Position numbers and translations under genes: made by a program. 32,000 nucleotides of DNA from Wolbachia endosymbiont of Litomosoides sigmodontis (GTDB lineage: Bacteria; Pseudomonadota; Alphaproteobacteria; Rickettsiales; Anaplasmataceae). Below, one piece after another: positions 20,502-32,000 of the stretch (position 1 is its first letter; every line of letters starts with the position of its first letter). The stretch lies in assembly GCF_013365435.1 (NCBI RefSeq), contig NZ_CP046577.1:390001-422000 (forward strand), given 5' to 3'. Below the pieces are notes generated by a model. It saw only the letters and a program-made list of their open reading frames with translations, had not been told where the DNA came from and searched no databases.

Positions 20502-20565
20502 AGGCTAAATTATTTTTTTATCGGATTTATCCGATATACCCTTAACCTTTTATAGGTTAAAGTCT

Positions 20566-22069
<1,504 letters not shown>

Positions 22070-22116
22070 GGCTTTGTGCATGATTCATCACTTTCAATAG
22101 TGATGCTATTATGTAC

Positions 22117-22139
22117 TATACTGCTGTCTTTACTTCTAC
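22117..22139 (+). other. 3' arm of the 16S rRNA precursor processing stem
   Basis: Complementary to 20479-20501 and lies 34 nt upstream of the sdhC ATG. Confidence 0.7.
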
Positions 22140-22172
22140 TTTATTTTTTTAATTTCCTAATAATGGAATTTT

Positions 22173-22550
22173 ATGAGTGATAGACCACTTTCTCCGCATT
22201 TACAGATATATAAAATACAAGTTACTGGTTTCTTCTCTATGGTACACAGATTGACTGGTATCTTACTATTCCTTTTATTAGTGGTGCTTTCTTGGTATTT
22301 TATATTACATATTTATTTTCCTGCTCTACTTGTGGTAGAGTATTTAGAAGTATTATTATCTACTTTTATTGCTAAGCTAGCTTATGTTCTATGCTTTATG
22401 AGTTTTTTATACCATTTTCTTAATGGTATTCGTCATTTATTATGGGATGCTGGGTTTAACTTAGAGATTGCTGATGTTTCAAAAAGTGCTATGCTACTGG
22501 CAGTAACGCTGCTTTTTTCTACTATAGCTTTTTTATTTGTGTTAATATGA
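22173..22550 (+). CDS. sdhC: succinate dehydrogenase cytochrome b556 subunit
   Basis: Has the RPLSPHLQIYK start motif, HRLTG, three TM helices and HFLNGIRHLLWD. Confidence 0.9.
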   Translation: MSDRPLSPHLQIYKIQVTGFFSMVHRLTGILLFLLLVVLSWYFILHIYFPALLVVEYLEVLLSTFIAKLAYVLCFMSFLYHFLNGIRHLLWDAGFNLEIADVSKSAMLLAVTLLFSTIAFLFVLI

Positions 22551-22912
22551 GTCAACCTGGAAATGCAGTATATTATTGGTGGGTTCAGCGTACTTCTGCT
22601 ATAGTTTTAATATTTTTACTTCCATGGTTTATTTATTCATTTTCTTGTGCATTTTATGCTAATGGATCTTTATCTTTTAATGAAAAATTATTTCAGGCTA
22701 TTAATCATCCTCTAGAGCTTCTATTTTTTGTTGTATTACTGTTTTATATTTTCTGGCACGCAGTTCTTGGAATGCAGGTAGTGTGTGAAGATTATATACA
22801 CAGCATACCTCTAAGGATTTTTATAATTACATGTATAAAGTACTTATCAAGCATTACTTATATAATTCTTACCTTTACAATTTTTTTCTTTTATAAGCAT
22901 ATTTTCTTGTAA
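22547..22912 (+). CDS. sdhD: succinate dehydrogenase hydrophobic membrane anchor subunit
   Basis: Overlaps sdhC by ATGA. Has WWVQRTSAIVL, HAVLGMQVVCEDYIHS and three TM helices. Confidence 0.85.
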   Translation: MSQPGNAVYYWWVQRTSAIVLIFLLPWFIYSFSCAFYANGSLSFNEKLFQAINHPLELLFFVVLLFYIFWHAVLGMQVVCEDYIHSIPLRIFIITCIKYLSSITYIILTFTIFFFYKHIFL

Positions 22913-22997
22913 AATTGCCAGCTCTATATTAATAGATTATTAAAGTGTTAATTTTATTATTAAACTATAGTGTTTATAGTAATCTTAGTCTGATGAT

Positions 22998-24263
22998 ATG
23001 TTAGAGACATTAAAGAAAGTAGGAGCAGATTTTATACTGAAAGTAAAGGATCTGTTTACTCCATACGAGTCTCAAGTTTATGTCAAAGACCTTAGAAAGG
23101 TAATGATATATAAAGATGGACAAAAATTTCGATATCCAAAAAACTATGATCGAATTGTAAAATTTGGTAAAATCATAGAAAATATTGATATGCATGGAAA
23201 TCCTGTACTAGATAAGGATAAAAATCCAACTTATAAACTTTTATATGGCAATAAAAACAAAGATGGATGGCCATTTTTTGAATTAACTAAGGTTACGGAA
23301 ATTGGTGACAAGTCTTATTTTACCATTAGATTTTTAATTGATAAAGGCAAGATTAGTGGGGATAAGCGTAGTAATGATGATTATCGTGGGTTTTATGAGT
23401 TATTTGGGTTTTCAAGAATAGACCTTGAAAAAGATTTGCCAATTTTTGAAGCTCAAAAAACTAAAAAGTCTACATATTCATTTGAATTCACCAATTCTTC
23501 TATGTCTACTAAGGAAGTTAGGGATAATAGAAGTAATGGAGTCAAAGAAGTTGTTGACGAAAAAGGGAAAAATGGAGAATTATTATATATTAGTGATTAT
23601 AAGAGACTAAACACTAGTTTTTTTGAAATTAGAGATCAAAGTAATAACTTGGAGCTAGACAAGAGTATTATATCTGTTCCTGTTATTTTTGCTGCAGGCT
23701 TAGCTAAGATTTGTGCTAAATTGCTGACCTATGTTCCTATGGAGTTGGGAGAGTATTTAATAGGCAAACAAAATCTGGTCGCAAAATTTTTTGGTTATTT
23801 TTTTTTATTTACTCCTGCAGTGATAGTAAAGAATTCGGTAAATATATTAGCTACCTTGTTAAAGGTGCCAATTTGTATATTGGTAGCAAATAAAGATAAG
23901 TATAGTGATGCTTACTGGACTATGTGGAAGTATCAATTAAAAGAATGTTGTCGGAAAGCCAAAGGTGATTATTTGGTCATTAAAGATGGAAAAAGATCAG
24001 AGCTAGAGAAAAGAGACTACCCTATACGTGAGATTGTAGATACATGGAAAGAACTTGATGCTAAGAGGTCGATTCTTGAAGAAGAGTTGGAGGGTGAGTT
24101 GAGCAAACATGATGAAAGTATGGCTAATCCTGGGAAACAAGAAAGAGACTTAGAGCAAAATACAACACAACCAGGAACTTTTAAGCAAGGAAAGATTAGT
24201 TATGTTAATAAGTTGAATGAAGAACGAGAGCAAGACAAAAGTGTTTTACGAATCTGCAGTTGA
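22998..24263 (+). CDS. hypothetical protein: soluble Lys-rich N-domain, central paired hydrophobic helices, acidic coiled-coil-like C-terminus
   Basis: Intact 421-aa ORF with an ATG start. The hydrophobic block is at about aa 225-300 (SIISVPVIFAAGLAKICAKLLTYVP ... LVAKFFGYFFLFTPAVIVKNSVNILATLLKVPICILVA). The C-terminal tail is E/K-rich. I recognise no family. Confidence 0.6.
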   Translation: MLETLKKVGADFILKVKDLFTPYESQVYVKDLRKVMIYKDGQKFRYPKNYDRIVKFGKIIENIDMHGNPVLDKDKNPTYKLLYGNKNKDGWPFFELTKVTEIGDKSYFTIRFLIDKGKISGDKRSNDDYRGFYELFGFSRIDLEKDLPIFEAQKTKKSTYSFEFTNSSMSTKEVRDNRSNGVKEVVDEKGKNGELLYISDYKRLNTSFFEIRDQSNNLELDKSIISVPVIFAAGLAKICAKLLTYVPMELGEYLIGKQNLVAKFFGYFFLFTPAVIVKNSVNILATLLKVPICILVANKDKYSDAYWTMWKYQLKECCRKAKGDYLVIKDGKRSELEKRDYPIREIVDTWKELDAKRSILEEELEGELSKHDESMANPGKQERDLEQNTTQPGTFKQGKISYVNKLNEEREQDKSVLRICS

Positions 24264-24608
24264 TTTGCTATTACTTTAAGTTAATTCACTCTCTATTAAC
24301 TGTTCCGCAGTAGCTGCACCATATAATATTATTAAATCTAAGATTAATTCCTGCTAAAGATTCAAAGATTAAACTGGGCTAGGGGCTAATTTGATTGCCG
24401 TGACCTCTATTCAATTCATATATTATAGGGTTTCTTGCATTATCATATATCACCTAAATAAGTAAATGAGTTTTATTTAAAAGGAGAGCATGGATGGATG
24501 ACAAAAAAATAATAGTGTATAACAATACACAGTATTACTAGAGGGTTTTTTGCTTAAAAATATATTTTATTTTATTTAGAATATTTTACTTGGTTTATTT
24601 GTAATATA

Positions 24609-26195
24609 GTGAATAAGTTATTGCAGAGATTTTATAGTATTGTTTATTGTCTTTATCGTGCTTTGATTGATACAATTTATAATGATGGAATGGAATATGC
24701 AGGATACTTATCATTTTTAATCTTGTTATCGATATTTCCATTTCTTATTGTCTTAATAACTTTATCGTCAACATTTGCAAATTTCTTAGACCAATATAAT
24801 ATTGGCTGGACATTTATAATTGATAGCATGCCGCAGGATATTTTGGTATCTTTAATGCCGCGCATTAGGGAAATAATATCAGGTCCGCCACAAAGTTTAT
24901 TAACTTTGGCAATTGTGGGTGCTATTTGGACTGCTTCATCGACAATTGAAGGATTGAGAACGATATTGAATAAGGCCTATAAAGTTCCGGTTTCACCTCC
25001 TTATATATTAAGAAGAATATTAAGTATATTACAATTCTTGATGGTTACGCTTATCATAACTCTAACTATAGTGTTTTCTACGTTAGTACCAATGCTAATC
25101 GATTTTTCTTACCATGGGCTAAGTTATACTAAATATCTTCTCATTGAATTCATACTTTTCATAGTGGTTTCCTGGCTGTATTTTATGCTGCCTAACATAA
25201 GACAAAATGTGTCAGATGTATTTCCTGGATCTTGTATAGCTGTTATGCTTTGGATAGTTTCTGCTTCAGCTTTCAAGCAATACTTAAGGGCTTCCTTTGA
25301 TCAACTAGATTTAATATATGGAAGCTTGGGTGGTGTGGTAGTGTCATTACTATTTTTTTATATGGTGAGTTTAATTTTTATATATGGAGCAAAGTTTAAT
25401 TTTCAGCTAAAATGTTTTTATGGGTCTCTCGCTAAGGAAAAAGAAATGGGTAAGTTAGAAGGCAAAATAGCTTTAATTGCCGGGGCTTCAGGTGGAATGG
25501 GATCTGCTGTTGCAAAAAGGTTTGTAAGAGAAGGTGCATATGTAATTTTGATTTCTAGATCCATTGATAATCTCAAGCCGCTATATGATGAAATTGAAAA
25601 GCTTAAGGAATTTAAAGTGGATTCTGTTAAGCTAATTCAACTTGATCTTTTGGACTTTGAGAATGTAAAGATATTAGTAAATATGATAGAAAGCCTAAAA
25701 TTATCAGAGTCTGGGGCACTTGATATATTAGTTGCATGTACTGGAATTTTAGGTAAATTGAACCCTGTTCATGAGTGCGAGCTTGAGGAATTACAGAATG
25801 TAATGAATACAAATTTTACTGCAAATTGGTACTTACTAAAAAACTTAGATCCAGTGCTAAAAAAGTCCAATTCTGGAAGAGTGGTATTCATGACGTCAGA
25901 AGTGACGCTTTCTCCTTCTTCTTATCCATATTGGCTACCTTATGCTGCAAGTAAAGCTGCACTGGAAATTATGGTAAAGATATATGCATCTGAGACAAAA
26001 CATACAAAATTGTGTGTAAATGCTGTGTATTCGGAAGGACCTGTTGATAGTGAAATGTATAAGCAAGCGTTTCCTGGAAAAGATATATCTGAGTTAATAT
26101 TACCTGATAAACTAACAGACAAGTTTGTAGAGCTAGCTTCTGAAGATTGTAGTATATCAGGGCAAATCTTGCCATTAAGTAAATCCCTTGAATAA
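24609..26195 (+). CDS. fusion ORF: YihY/BrkB-family membrane protein (aa 1-~270) joined to a short-chain dehydrogenase/reductase (aa ~280-528)
   Basis: The N-terminal part has the YihY pattern (AGYLSFLILLSIFPFLIVL, several TM helices, LLFFYMVSLIFIYGAKFN). The C-terminal part has the SDR Rossmann motif GKIALIAGASGGMGSAVA and the catalytic YAASK. No stop codon separates them. The start is GTG at 24609. Confidence 0.8.
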   Translation: MNKLLQRFYSIVYCLYRALIDTIYNDGMEYAGYLSFLILLSIFPFLIVLITLSSTFANFLDQYNIGWTFIIDSMPQDILVSLMPRIREIISGPPQSLLTLAIVGAIWTASSTIEGLRTILNKAYKVPVSPPYILRRILSILQFLMVTLIITLTIVFSTLVPMLIDFSYHGLSYTKYLLIEFILFIVVSWLYFMLPNIRQNVSDVFPGSCIAVMLWIVSASAFKQYLRASFDQLDLIYGSLGGVVVSLLFFYMVSLIFIYGAKFNFQLKCFYGSLAKEKEMGKLEGKIALIAGASGGMGSAVAKRFVREGAYVILISRSIDNLKPLYDEIEKLKEFKVDSVKLIQLDLLDFENVKILVNMIESLKLSESGALDILVACTGILGKLNPVHECELEELQNVMNTNFTANWYLLKNLDPVLKKSNSGRVVFMTSEVTLSPSSYPYWLPYAASKAALEIMVKIYASETKHTKLCVNAVYSEGPVDSEMYKQAFPGKDISELILPDKLTDKFVELASEDCSISGQILPLSKSLE

Positions 26196-26779
26196 ATTAC
26201 GTGAACGTTATACTTTAAAATAAACTTTTTAAATTGCTTGCAATCATTAGGCCTAAAGTACGCTGTATGAACATTAAGATTTATGGTAATTTTACACTTA
26301 GCAGACGATGTCATTTTTCTCAAATGCTTCCTTTTTCTATTATCACAGTGCGTAATATTCAGCTGTATAAACTTGCAGAAAATGATATCAAGATTGCGAG
26401 AGAGAAGAGCTGGGGAAATAGGTAAGGCTGTTGTTGAGCGTAGTTATAGAATTAGCAAGTTTACAAAAGAAAATGTTTTCAATTTATTGTTGTATAGCAT
26501 ATTAGAGAAAAATGAGCTGAGTTTGAAGACAATTGAGAAAAATTATTGCCGCATGTTCATATTTAAATATACACCGTTTATCGGTAATAGGACGCTTAAA
26601 ATAGTACTTATTGAGTACTTTAAGAAGGTTTTTCTGTTCGTGTTGCAGAGTTTTTGTAGCATGAAAAATCAATGAAAATTGCTGATTATAGATTTAATAA
26701 TATTTCACTTATCAAGTAAATTATTTATGATAAGTGCACTATTGCAATAGACAGAAGATTTACAAAATTGCTTAAATTT

Positions 26780-28178
26780 ATGTACTCATACCAATTTACC
26801 CTGTAAAAGGGACGGATAGATAATAGAAGCAATGCTGAAGGAGTATGGATATTGTTTGCTCCACTTTACTTTGTAGAAAAATTAGGGGTTGAATCGTAGT
26901 CAGTTTTAATAAGTTAAAGTATGTATATAAGAAAATACTAATGTTACTATAGATGAAGTGGAAAATTTGCTTCTGCAATTGGTATATGACCTGATCTTGT
27001 AATAGAAGATTTGGATGATATAAAAGAAGCTACATCTTAAATCTGTAGAAGTTCACAGTAATGTATATTTAGTAATGGTTTATTTTAAAATAATAGATGA
27101 TGCTGATATGTGTTAAGTAAGAGGGTAAAAATTAGAGGATTTAGTAACTAAAATTCTTCTACAATGTGCTGATGATTCTACCATTTTTAGGCAACTGTCT
27201 ACTTTTAGCTAGGCTTCAGTGTTATCGCGTTTTTATTCTATTATAAGTGCCCTGTTTGTTTTTAGGTTTTGTGTTACTGACGATCATTCTCGATGAAGTT
27301 TAAAAAATACTCAATAATAACATCAAGTAGGCTTTTTTTACAGTATCATTTAATTGTTATTGTTTTTCTTTACTAATGGTATAATGTTTTTTCAAACCCC
27401 TAGGAAGAGTTTACCCTATACAAGGAACTGAACTGATAGGCAATAATGGAAGAGAAGCTATACTGAAGCAGGAAGAATAGTGAAATTTTAATGGCGTTTT
27501 AAAATCAAATTATTGGATGAAAAAGTTATGTAATCAGCATAAAATGCTAAAAAAAATGCGAAATGATATATATGTTATAAAAAACTAAATGCTGCAATTG
27601 CAGCAAAAAAGCATAGTATAACACTGTAGCAAAAATATGTTGTATTTTAAGAACAGTATTAACTGCATGGATAAAGTATCTAAAATTTGGAAGAGAAGGA
27701 AAATTGTTTACTTCTCATCAGTGTTGTAGAAAAACTAAATTGAATCAGAGTCAATTTGAATAAGTTGAAGTATAAGTGCAAAAAACTAATATTAATGTTC
27801 AAGAATCCAGGAAAAATTTGGTTTAAATGCTAGCAAGTCTATATACACCTTAAATATGCAAAAATCTCGATTTTGCACACATTCAAAAGTTGAATACTGG
27901 TAGTTTAAAAAGGGCATTAGAACACAGGTTAAAGTAAAATTAGGTAAACAAAACTTTTATTTCTATAGAGTTCTATCTTTTTATTTGCACCGAGTGTCAA
28001 TACTGATTGTATAAATATATTTCTTAAACAGATGTTCAATATTTAAGAACATGAGAAACTTTTCTTGTCATGGATTATTTAATTAGCATAAGTCAACAAA
28101 TTTAAAGGTACCTATTGCTTGAGAGCACTTTATATAAATTTACGACCTTTCTCTTTTCTCACTCCACAATTAAACAAC
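26780..28178 (+). mobile_element. two tandem decayed IS630-family copies: F about 26780-27355, E about 27356-28178
   Basis: Both begin with the tttaccctRtaMaagg block. Copy E is the most complete in the window, running through ...aaaaaactaaatgctgcaattgcagc..., ggttaaagtaaaattaggtaaac, gattgtataaatatatttctt and aatttaaaggtacc. It ends in the terminal repeat ...ttctcactccacaattaaacaa. Stops occur throughout. Confidence 0.6.
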
Positions 28179-28453
28179 TCTACAGTGCACTTATTGACCA
28201 ATTAACAATAAAAATTGGTATTAGTTTGCTGAAGTCAAGCTTTTCAGCTTGAAGCCTTGATATAACTATTTGGCTTCTTTTGCTTTTGTCATAACATTTT
28301 TTTTGTTAACATTTTATGGTTAATTATGTTATTAAAATTATTAATCATTTGATAAAAGTAACTGTTATGTAGATTAAGATTTTTCTTTGGTTTAATATAG
28401 ATATACTATGAAAGGAATTCATAGCAAAAGAGTTATTAGTTAAAATTAATGTA

Positions 28454-29824
28454 GTGAAAATTGAAGATAAAAAAACAGCAAAAGGTTTTTCTAAAATATT
28501 GGGTGGAATGGCGGATGCTGTAAGATCATGGATTGGCAATGTTAGCCCAAATTTAAGCAATAGTCGAGATATTGATAGTTTAGTTTTGAAGATGAGTGAG
28601 TGCTTAAATCCAAAGGGTGGGGAGGTTTCGGCACGTAAAAACACTGTATCTCTTGGTAATCTGTACTTAAGTTTATCAGAGAAGGGCAGAATAAAGTTTC
28701 TGCAAACTCTAGCAGAAAAATTTAATCCTAACAAAGCGGAAATAGATGAAAAAATAAAAGGATATAAGACAGATCTAGATTCCGAATTGAGCTATAAGTT
28801 TGAACAGGACTTAATAAAAATTCTTGAATCACCACGTTCTAAAATATTGAAGCAGTTTATCTCTTTACCAGAAGGTCTTAAATTTATTGTTGATATGCGT
28901 TCTGATGTGCTTAAATTAAAGAGCCAATATAGAAGTCTAAATCCTCTAGAGAATGAATTAAAAAGTATACTCTGTACTTGGGTTGATGTTGATCTATTAG
29001 ATCTTCGTCAAATAACTTGGGATTCACCTGCATCATTGTTAGAAAAACTTATAAAATATGAAGCTGTGCATAAAATTTCTTCGTGGGGTGATTTAAAAAA
29101 TAGGCTGGATTCTGATCGTCTTTGTTTTGCTTTTTTTCATTATAAAATACCAAATGAACCTTTAATTTTTGTAGAGGTTGCGTTGATGAATGAAGTTGCA
29201 GATAGCATTCAACATCTTTTAGATGAGTCGATACCTTCAAGCGATCCAAGTAACGCAAATGCTGCCATATTCTATTCAATATCAAATACCCAAGCAGGAT
29301 TATCTGGAATCAGTCTTGGTAATTTTTTGATCAAAAGGGTTGTGGAAAAATTATCACAGGACTTTAAAAGTATAAAGTTGTACGCAACTCTTTCTCCAAT
29401 ACCTGGCTTTGTAAAATGGCTAAAGGAGAATTTAATCAAGGATATTACTTTATTATGCAAACTAAATATAAAACAATCTAGTGCCGAGATTTTAGGAGGT
29501 ATAAATCAACTGAAAACTAACGTTGAATGTGAAAATGGAATTAAACAATGCTTGCTGAAACTTTGTGCACATTATTTGCTAAAGGTTAAAAACAATAATG
29601 GTAGTGCTTATGATCCAGTAGCGCATTTTCATTTAAGTAATGGTGCGTCGATAAAACAACTGAATTGGATGGCGGATACTTCTGAAAAGGGTATAGTTCA
29701 GTCAGCTGGAATAATGGTGAACTATTTGTATGAATTATCTAAAATAGATAACAATCATGAAAGTTATATGATTAATAAAGTAATTTCTCACTCAAAAAAA
29801 GTGTCTTCTATATTAAAGGAGTAG
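28454..29824 (+). CDS. malonyl-CoA decarboxylase family protein
   Basis: Has the MCD family signature blocks SPASLLEKLIKYEAVHKI, FFHYKIPNEPLIFVEVAL, FYSISNTQAGLSGISLGNFLIKRVV and ATLSPIPGF. The start is GTG at 28454, with an alternative ATG at 28508. Confidence 0.85.
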   Translation: MKIEDKKTAKGFSKILGGMADAVRSWIGNVSPNLSNSRDIDSLVLKMSECLNPKGGEVSARKNTVSLGNLYLSLSEKGRIKFLQTLAEKFNPNKAEIDEKIKGYKTDLDSELSYKFEQDLIKILESPRSKILKQFISLPEGLKFIVDMRSDVLKLKSQYRSLNPLENELKSILCTWVDVDLLDLRQITWDSPASLLEKLIKYEAVHKISSWGDLKNRLDSDRLCFAFFHYKIPNEPLIFVEVALMNEVADSIQHLLDESIPSSDPSNANAAIFYSISNTQAGLSGISLGNFLIKRVVEKLSQDFKSIKLYATLSPIPGFVKWLKENLIKDITLLCKLNIKQSSAEILGGINQLKTNVECENGIKQCLLKLCAHYLLKVKNNNGSAYDPVAHFHLSNGASIKQLNWMADTSEKGIVQSAGIMVNYLYELSKIDNNHESYMINKVISHSKKVSSILKE

Positions 29825-29908
29825 ATAAGTTTATTAACAAATAATTGCCATTATAATACTTAAAATGTAAAATAGTTCTACTTAAATGAGTAGTAAAATA
29901 GGCCATCA

Positions 29909-31705
29909 ATGAATAATATAAGGAATTTTGCTATAATAGCACATATAGACCATGGTAAATCAACGCTTGCTGACCGTTTAATAGAGGAATGTAACGGTCT
30001 TAAGGGAAGAGAAATGACCAATCAAGTGCTTGATTCAATGGATATAGAGCGAGAACGTGGGATCACGATCAAAGCACAGACGGTAAGGCTAAACTATACT
30101 GCAAATGATGGTAATCGATATTGTTTGAACCTTATGGATACTCCAGGTCATGTTGACTTTTCGTATGAAGTAAGTCGAAGCTTAGCTGCATGTGAAGGTT
30201 CGCTTTTAGTAGTAGATAGTGGTCATGGAGTTAAAGCTCAAACTCTTGCGAATGTACATAAGGCAATTGACAATAATCATGAAATAATAGTTGTACTCAA
30301 TAAAGTTGATCTTCCTGCTGCAGATCCGGAAAAGGTAAAGCTTCAAATTGAAGAGGTACTTGGTGTTGACGCTAGTGAATCAATTTTAATATCGGCAAAA
30401 ACTGGACTTGGAATAAGAGATGTATTGGAAGCAATAGTAACAAAGCTTCCAGCTCCACATGGTGATATAAATGCTCCACTGCAGGCGATTTTAGTTGATA
30501 GTTGGTATGATCATTATTTGGGGGTAGTAATTTTAGTCCGAGTTAAAAATGGAGTGCTAAAAAAAGGTATGAAGATTGTTATGATGTCTAATAATGCTGC
30601 ATATCAAGTAGACAATATCGGTGTTTTCACTCCTAAAAAGGTAATAACAAGTGAATTATCAGTGGGTGAAATTGGTTTTATAACTGCTTCAATGAAAGAA
30701 GTAGAAGCTTACAAAGTAGGAGACACTATTACTGAGGAAAAAAGACCTTGCAGTGAGGCATTGCCAGGCTTTAAAGAAGTACACCCTGTGGTATTTTGTA
30801 GTATTTTTCCTAACAAAATAGATGATTTTAAATATTTAAGAAAGGCGCTGGAGAAGTTACATTTGAATGATGCAAGTTTTACCTTCGAAGCTGAAGCTTC
30901 AGATGCGCTTGGCTATGGATTTCGTTGCGGTTTTTTGGGAATGCTGCATCTTGAAGTTATTCAAGAAAGGCTTGAGAGAGAATTTGATTTAGACTTAACG
31001 GCAACTGCACCTAGTGTTATATATAAAGTTACAACGCAAAGTGGTGAAGTTCTGAATATTCATAACCCAAGTAACATGCCAGATCTAATGAAGATTGAAA
31101 TAGTAGAAGAACCGTGGATTGCTGCAACCATAATGGTACCTGACCAATATTTAGGAGAAGTTTTATCTCTATGTAAGGAGAGGAGAGGAAAACAGGAAGA
31201 TTTATCTTATGTTGATAACATGACGATAGCATTGTTGAAGTATAAGTTGCCACTATCTGAAATTATTTTTGATTTTTATGATAAGTTGAAATCAATTTCT
31301 AAGGGATACGCAAGTTTAGATTGGGAAATTTCTAATTATCAGAAAAGTCAAATAGATAAATTAAGTTTTTTAGTTAATGGGACATCTGTAGATGCATTAG
31401 CCTGTATTGTTCACAAAAGTAAGGCCGAGAAAAGAGGACGTGAAATATGTGCACGTTTGAAAGATTTAATACCACGTCAGCAATATAAAATTGTAATTCA
31501 AGCGGTAGTAGGTAGTAAAATTATTGCAAGAGAAACGATTAATTCATACAGAAAGGATGTAACAGCTAAACTCTATGGTGGAGACGTAACACGAAGAATG
31601 AAGCTTTTAGAAAAGCAAAAGAAAGGTAAGAAAAGACTACATTCTGTAGGAGACGTGAACATTCCACATAATGCTTTTATTCAAGCTTTGAAGATAGGTG
31701 ATTGA
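29909..31705 (+). CDS. lepA: translation elongation factor 4 (LepA)
   Basis: Has the G-domain [33 protein letters not shown] and NKVDLP, plus the LepA C-terminal domain ([25 protein letters not shown]). The ORF is intact at 598 aa. Confidence 0.97.
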   Translation: MNNIRNFAIIAHIDHGKSTLADRLIEECNGLKGREMTNQVLDSMDIERERGITIKAQTVRLNYTANDGNRYCLNLMDTPGHVDFSYEVSRSLAACEGSLLVVDSGHGVKAQTLANVHKAIDNNHEIIVVLNKVDLPAADPEKVKLQIEEVLGVDASESILISAKTGLGIRDVLEAIVTKLPAPHGDINAPLQAILVDSWYDHYLGVVILVRVKNGVLKKGMKIVMMSNNAAYQVDNIGVFTPKKVITSELSVGEIGFITASMKEVEAYKVGDTITEEKRPCSEALPGFKEVHPVVFCSIFPNKIDDFKYLRKALEKLHLNDASFTFEAEASDALGYGFRCGFLGMLHLEVIQERLEREFDLDLTATAPSVIYKVTTQSGEVLNIHNPSNMPDLMKIEIVEEPWIAATIMVPDQYLGEVLSLCKERRGKQEDLSYVDNMTIALLKYKLPLSEIIFDFYDKLKSISKGYASLDWEISNYQKSQIDKLSFLVNGTSVDALACIVHKSKAEKRGREICARLKDLIPRQQYKIVIQAVVGSKIIARETINSYRKDVTAKLYGGDVTRRMKLLEKQKKGKKRLHSVGDVNIPHNAFIQALKIGD

Positions 31706-31836
31706 TACATTAGAGAATAGAAAAATTAGCAAATTATCATAAATTATATTTTTTCCAAACTAAAAGCTTTTCTTGTTAATGAAAATTGGTATGAAATTAT
31801 AAGCAGGAATACTGTTTTAATGGAACGATGTGAAGC

Positions 31837-32000
31837 TTATTTTCTTCTAAAACAAACCTGATGTACAGCTTCAACTATATCTTCTACTTGCGGTAATGCT
31901 TTTTTTTCTAGATTTGCAGCATAGGGAAGGGGAATGTCCTTGCCAGTTACGCGTACAACTGGAGCATCAAGATAATCAAAACCATGTTCCATAATAACAG
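31837..32000 (-). CDS. pdhB: pyruvate dehydrogenase E1 beta subunit, C-terminal 53 codons, 5' part beyond the window
   Basis: My own minus-strand translation gives [53 protein letters not shown], the conserved transketolase C-terminal segment of PdhB. The stop is at 31837-31839. It is not in the supplied ORF track because it is short and partial. Confidence 0.8.
   Translation of the reverse strand, partial: VIMEHGFDYLDAPVVRVTGKDIPLPYAANLEKKALPQVEDIVEAVHQVCFRRK

Noticed and set aside
24382-24410. ggggctaatttgattgcc resembling a tmRNA 5' end (GGGGCUGAUU...)
   Set aside because: No matching acceptor 3' strand, T-arm (GTTCGAATC-like) or tag reading frame lies nearby. Alphaproteobacterial tmRNA is also two-piece with different landmarks.
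24264-24608. Possible minus-strand gene relic (...LILDLIILYGAATAEQLIESELT*)
   Set aside because: It is too short and unrecognisable, and I cannot tie it to any family. It may be chance.
26283-26675. 130-aa ORF (and overlapping 26234-26425) as a gene
   Set aside because: It has no recognisable domain or convincing RBS, shows AT-rich codon noise, and sits in a decayed spacer. I kept it only as a note within a finding.
30200-30260. Unusual LepA G-domain residues ([12 protein letters not shown] versus the usual VVDAxQGVEAQT)
   Set aside because: The ORF is otherwise fully intact with all GTPase motifs. The substitutions probably reflect the fast-evolving lineage rather than loss of function.

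Overview
AT-rich chromosomal segment from a Wolbachia-like Anaplasmataceae endosymbiont. The basis is a full-length, unlinked 16S rRNA gene (20566-22069) that matches my recollection of Wolbachia 16S almost block for block and is followed directly by sdhC-sdhD. Content is mostly housekeeping: ubiG (partial), metG, a Na+/alanine symporter, a Bcr/CflA MFS transporter, ubiE, an MsbA-like ABC exporter, argS, ctaG/cox11, a BI-1/YccA protein, rlmB, an Smr protein, 16S rRNA, sdhCD, a YihY-SDR fusion ORF, malonyl-CoA decarboxylase, lepA and the 3' end of pdhB (minus strand, absent from the ORF track). The intergenic spacers are unusually long. By my approximate boundaries about 4.5 kb (about 14% of the window) is debris from one IS630/Tc1-mariner-family element: at least nine internally deleted, frameshifted fragments, several joined in opposite orientation (head-to-head or tail-to-tail) or in tandem, none with an intact transposase ORF. 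Other decay signatures are a SEDS (FtsW/RodA) pseudogene after ubiE, a decayed second copy of the metG 3' end 1.6 kb downstream of the live gene, an in-frame ~36-codon insertion in metG, and AT-directed substitutions at near-universal 16S positions. I found no CRISPR array, tRNA, prophage, cif-like, toxin-antitoxin or recognisable defence module, so I cannot claim a new multi-gene system. The least explained items are two lineage-restricted membrane proteins with Inc-like bilobed hydrophobic domains (2754-3365 and 22998-24263), the YihY-SDR read-through fusion, and the 16S processing stem whose 3' arm lies 34 nt upstream of sdhC. All coordinates for decayed elements are approximate and hand-derived.
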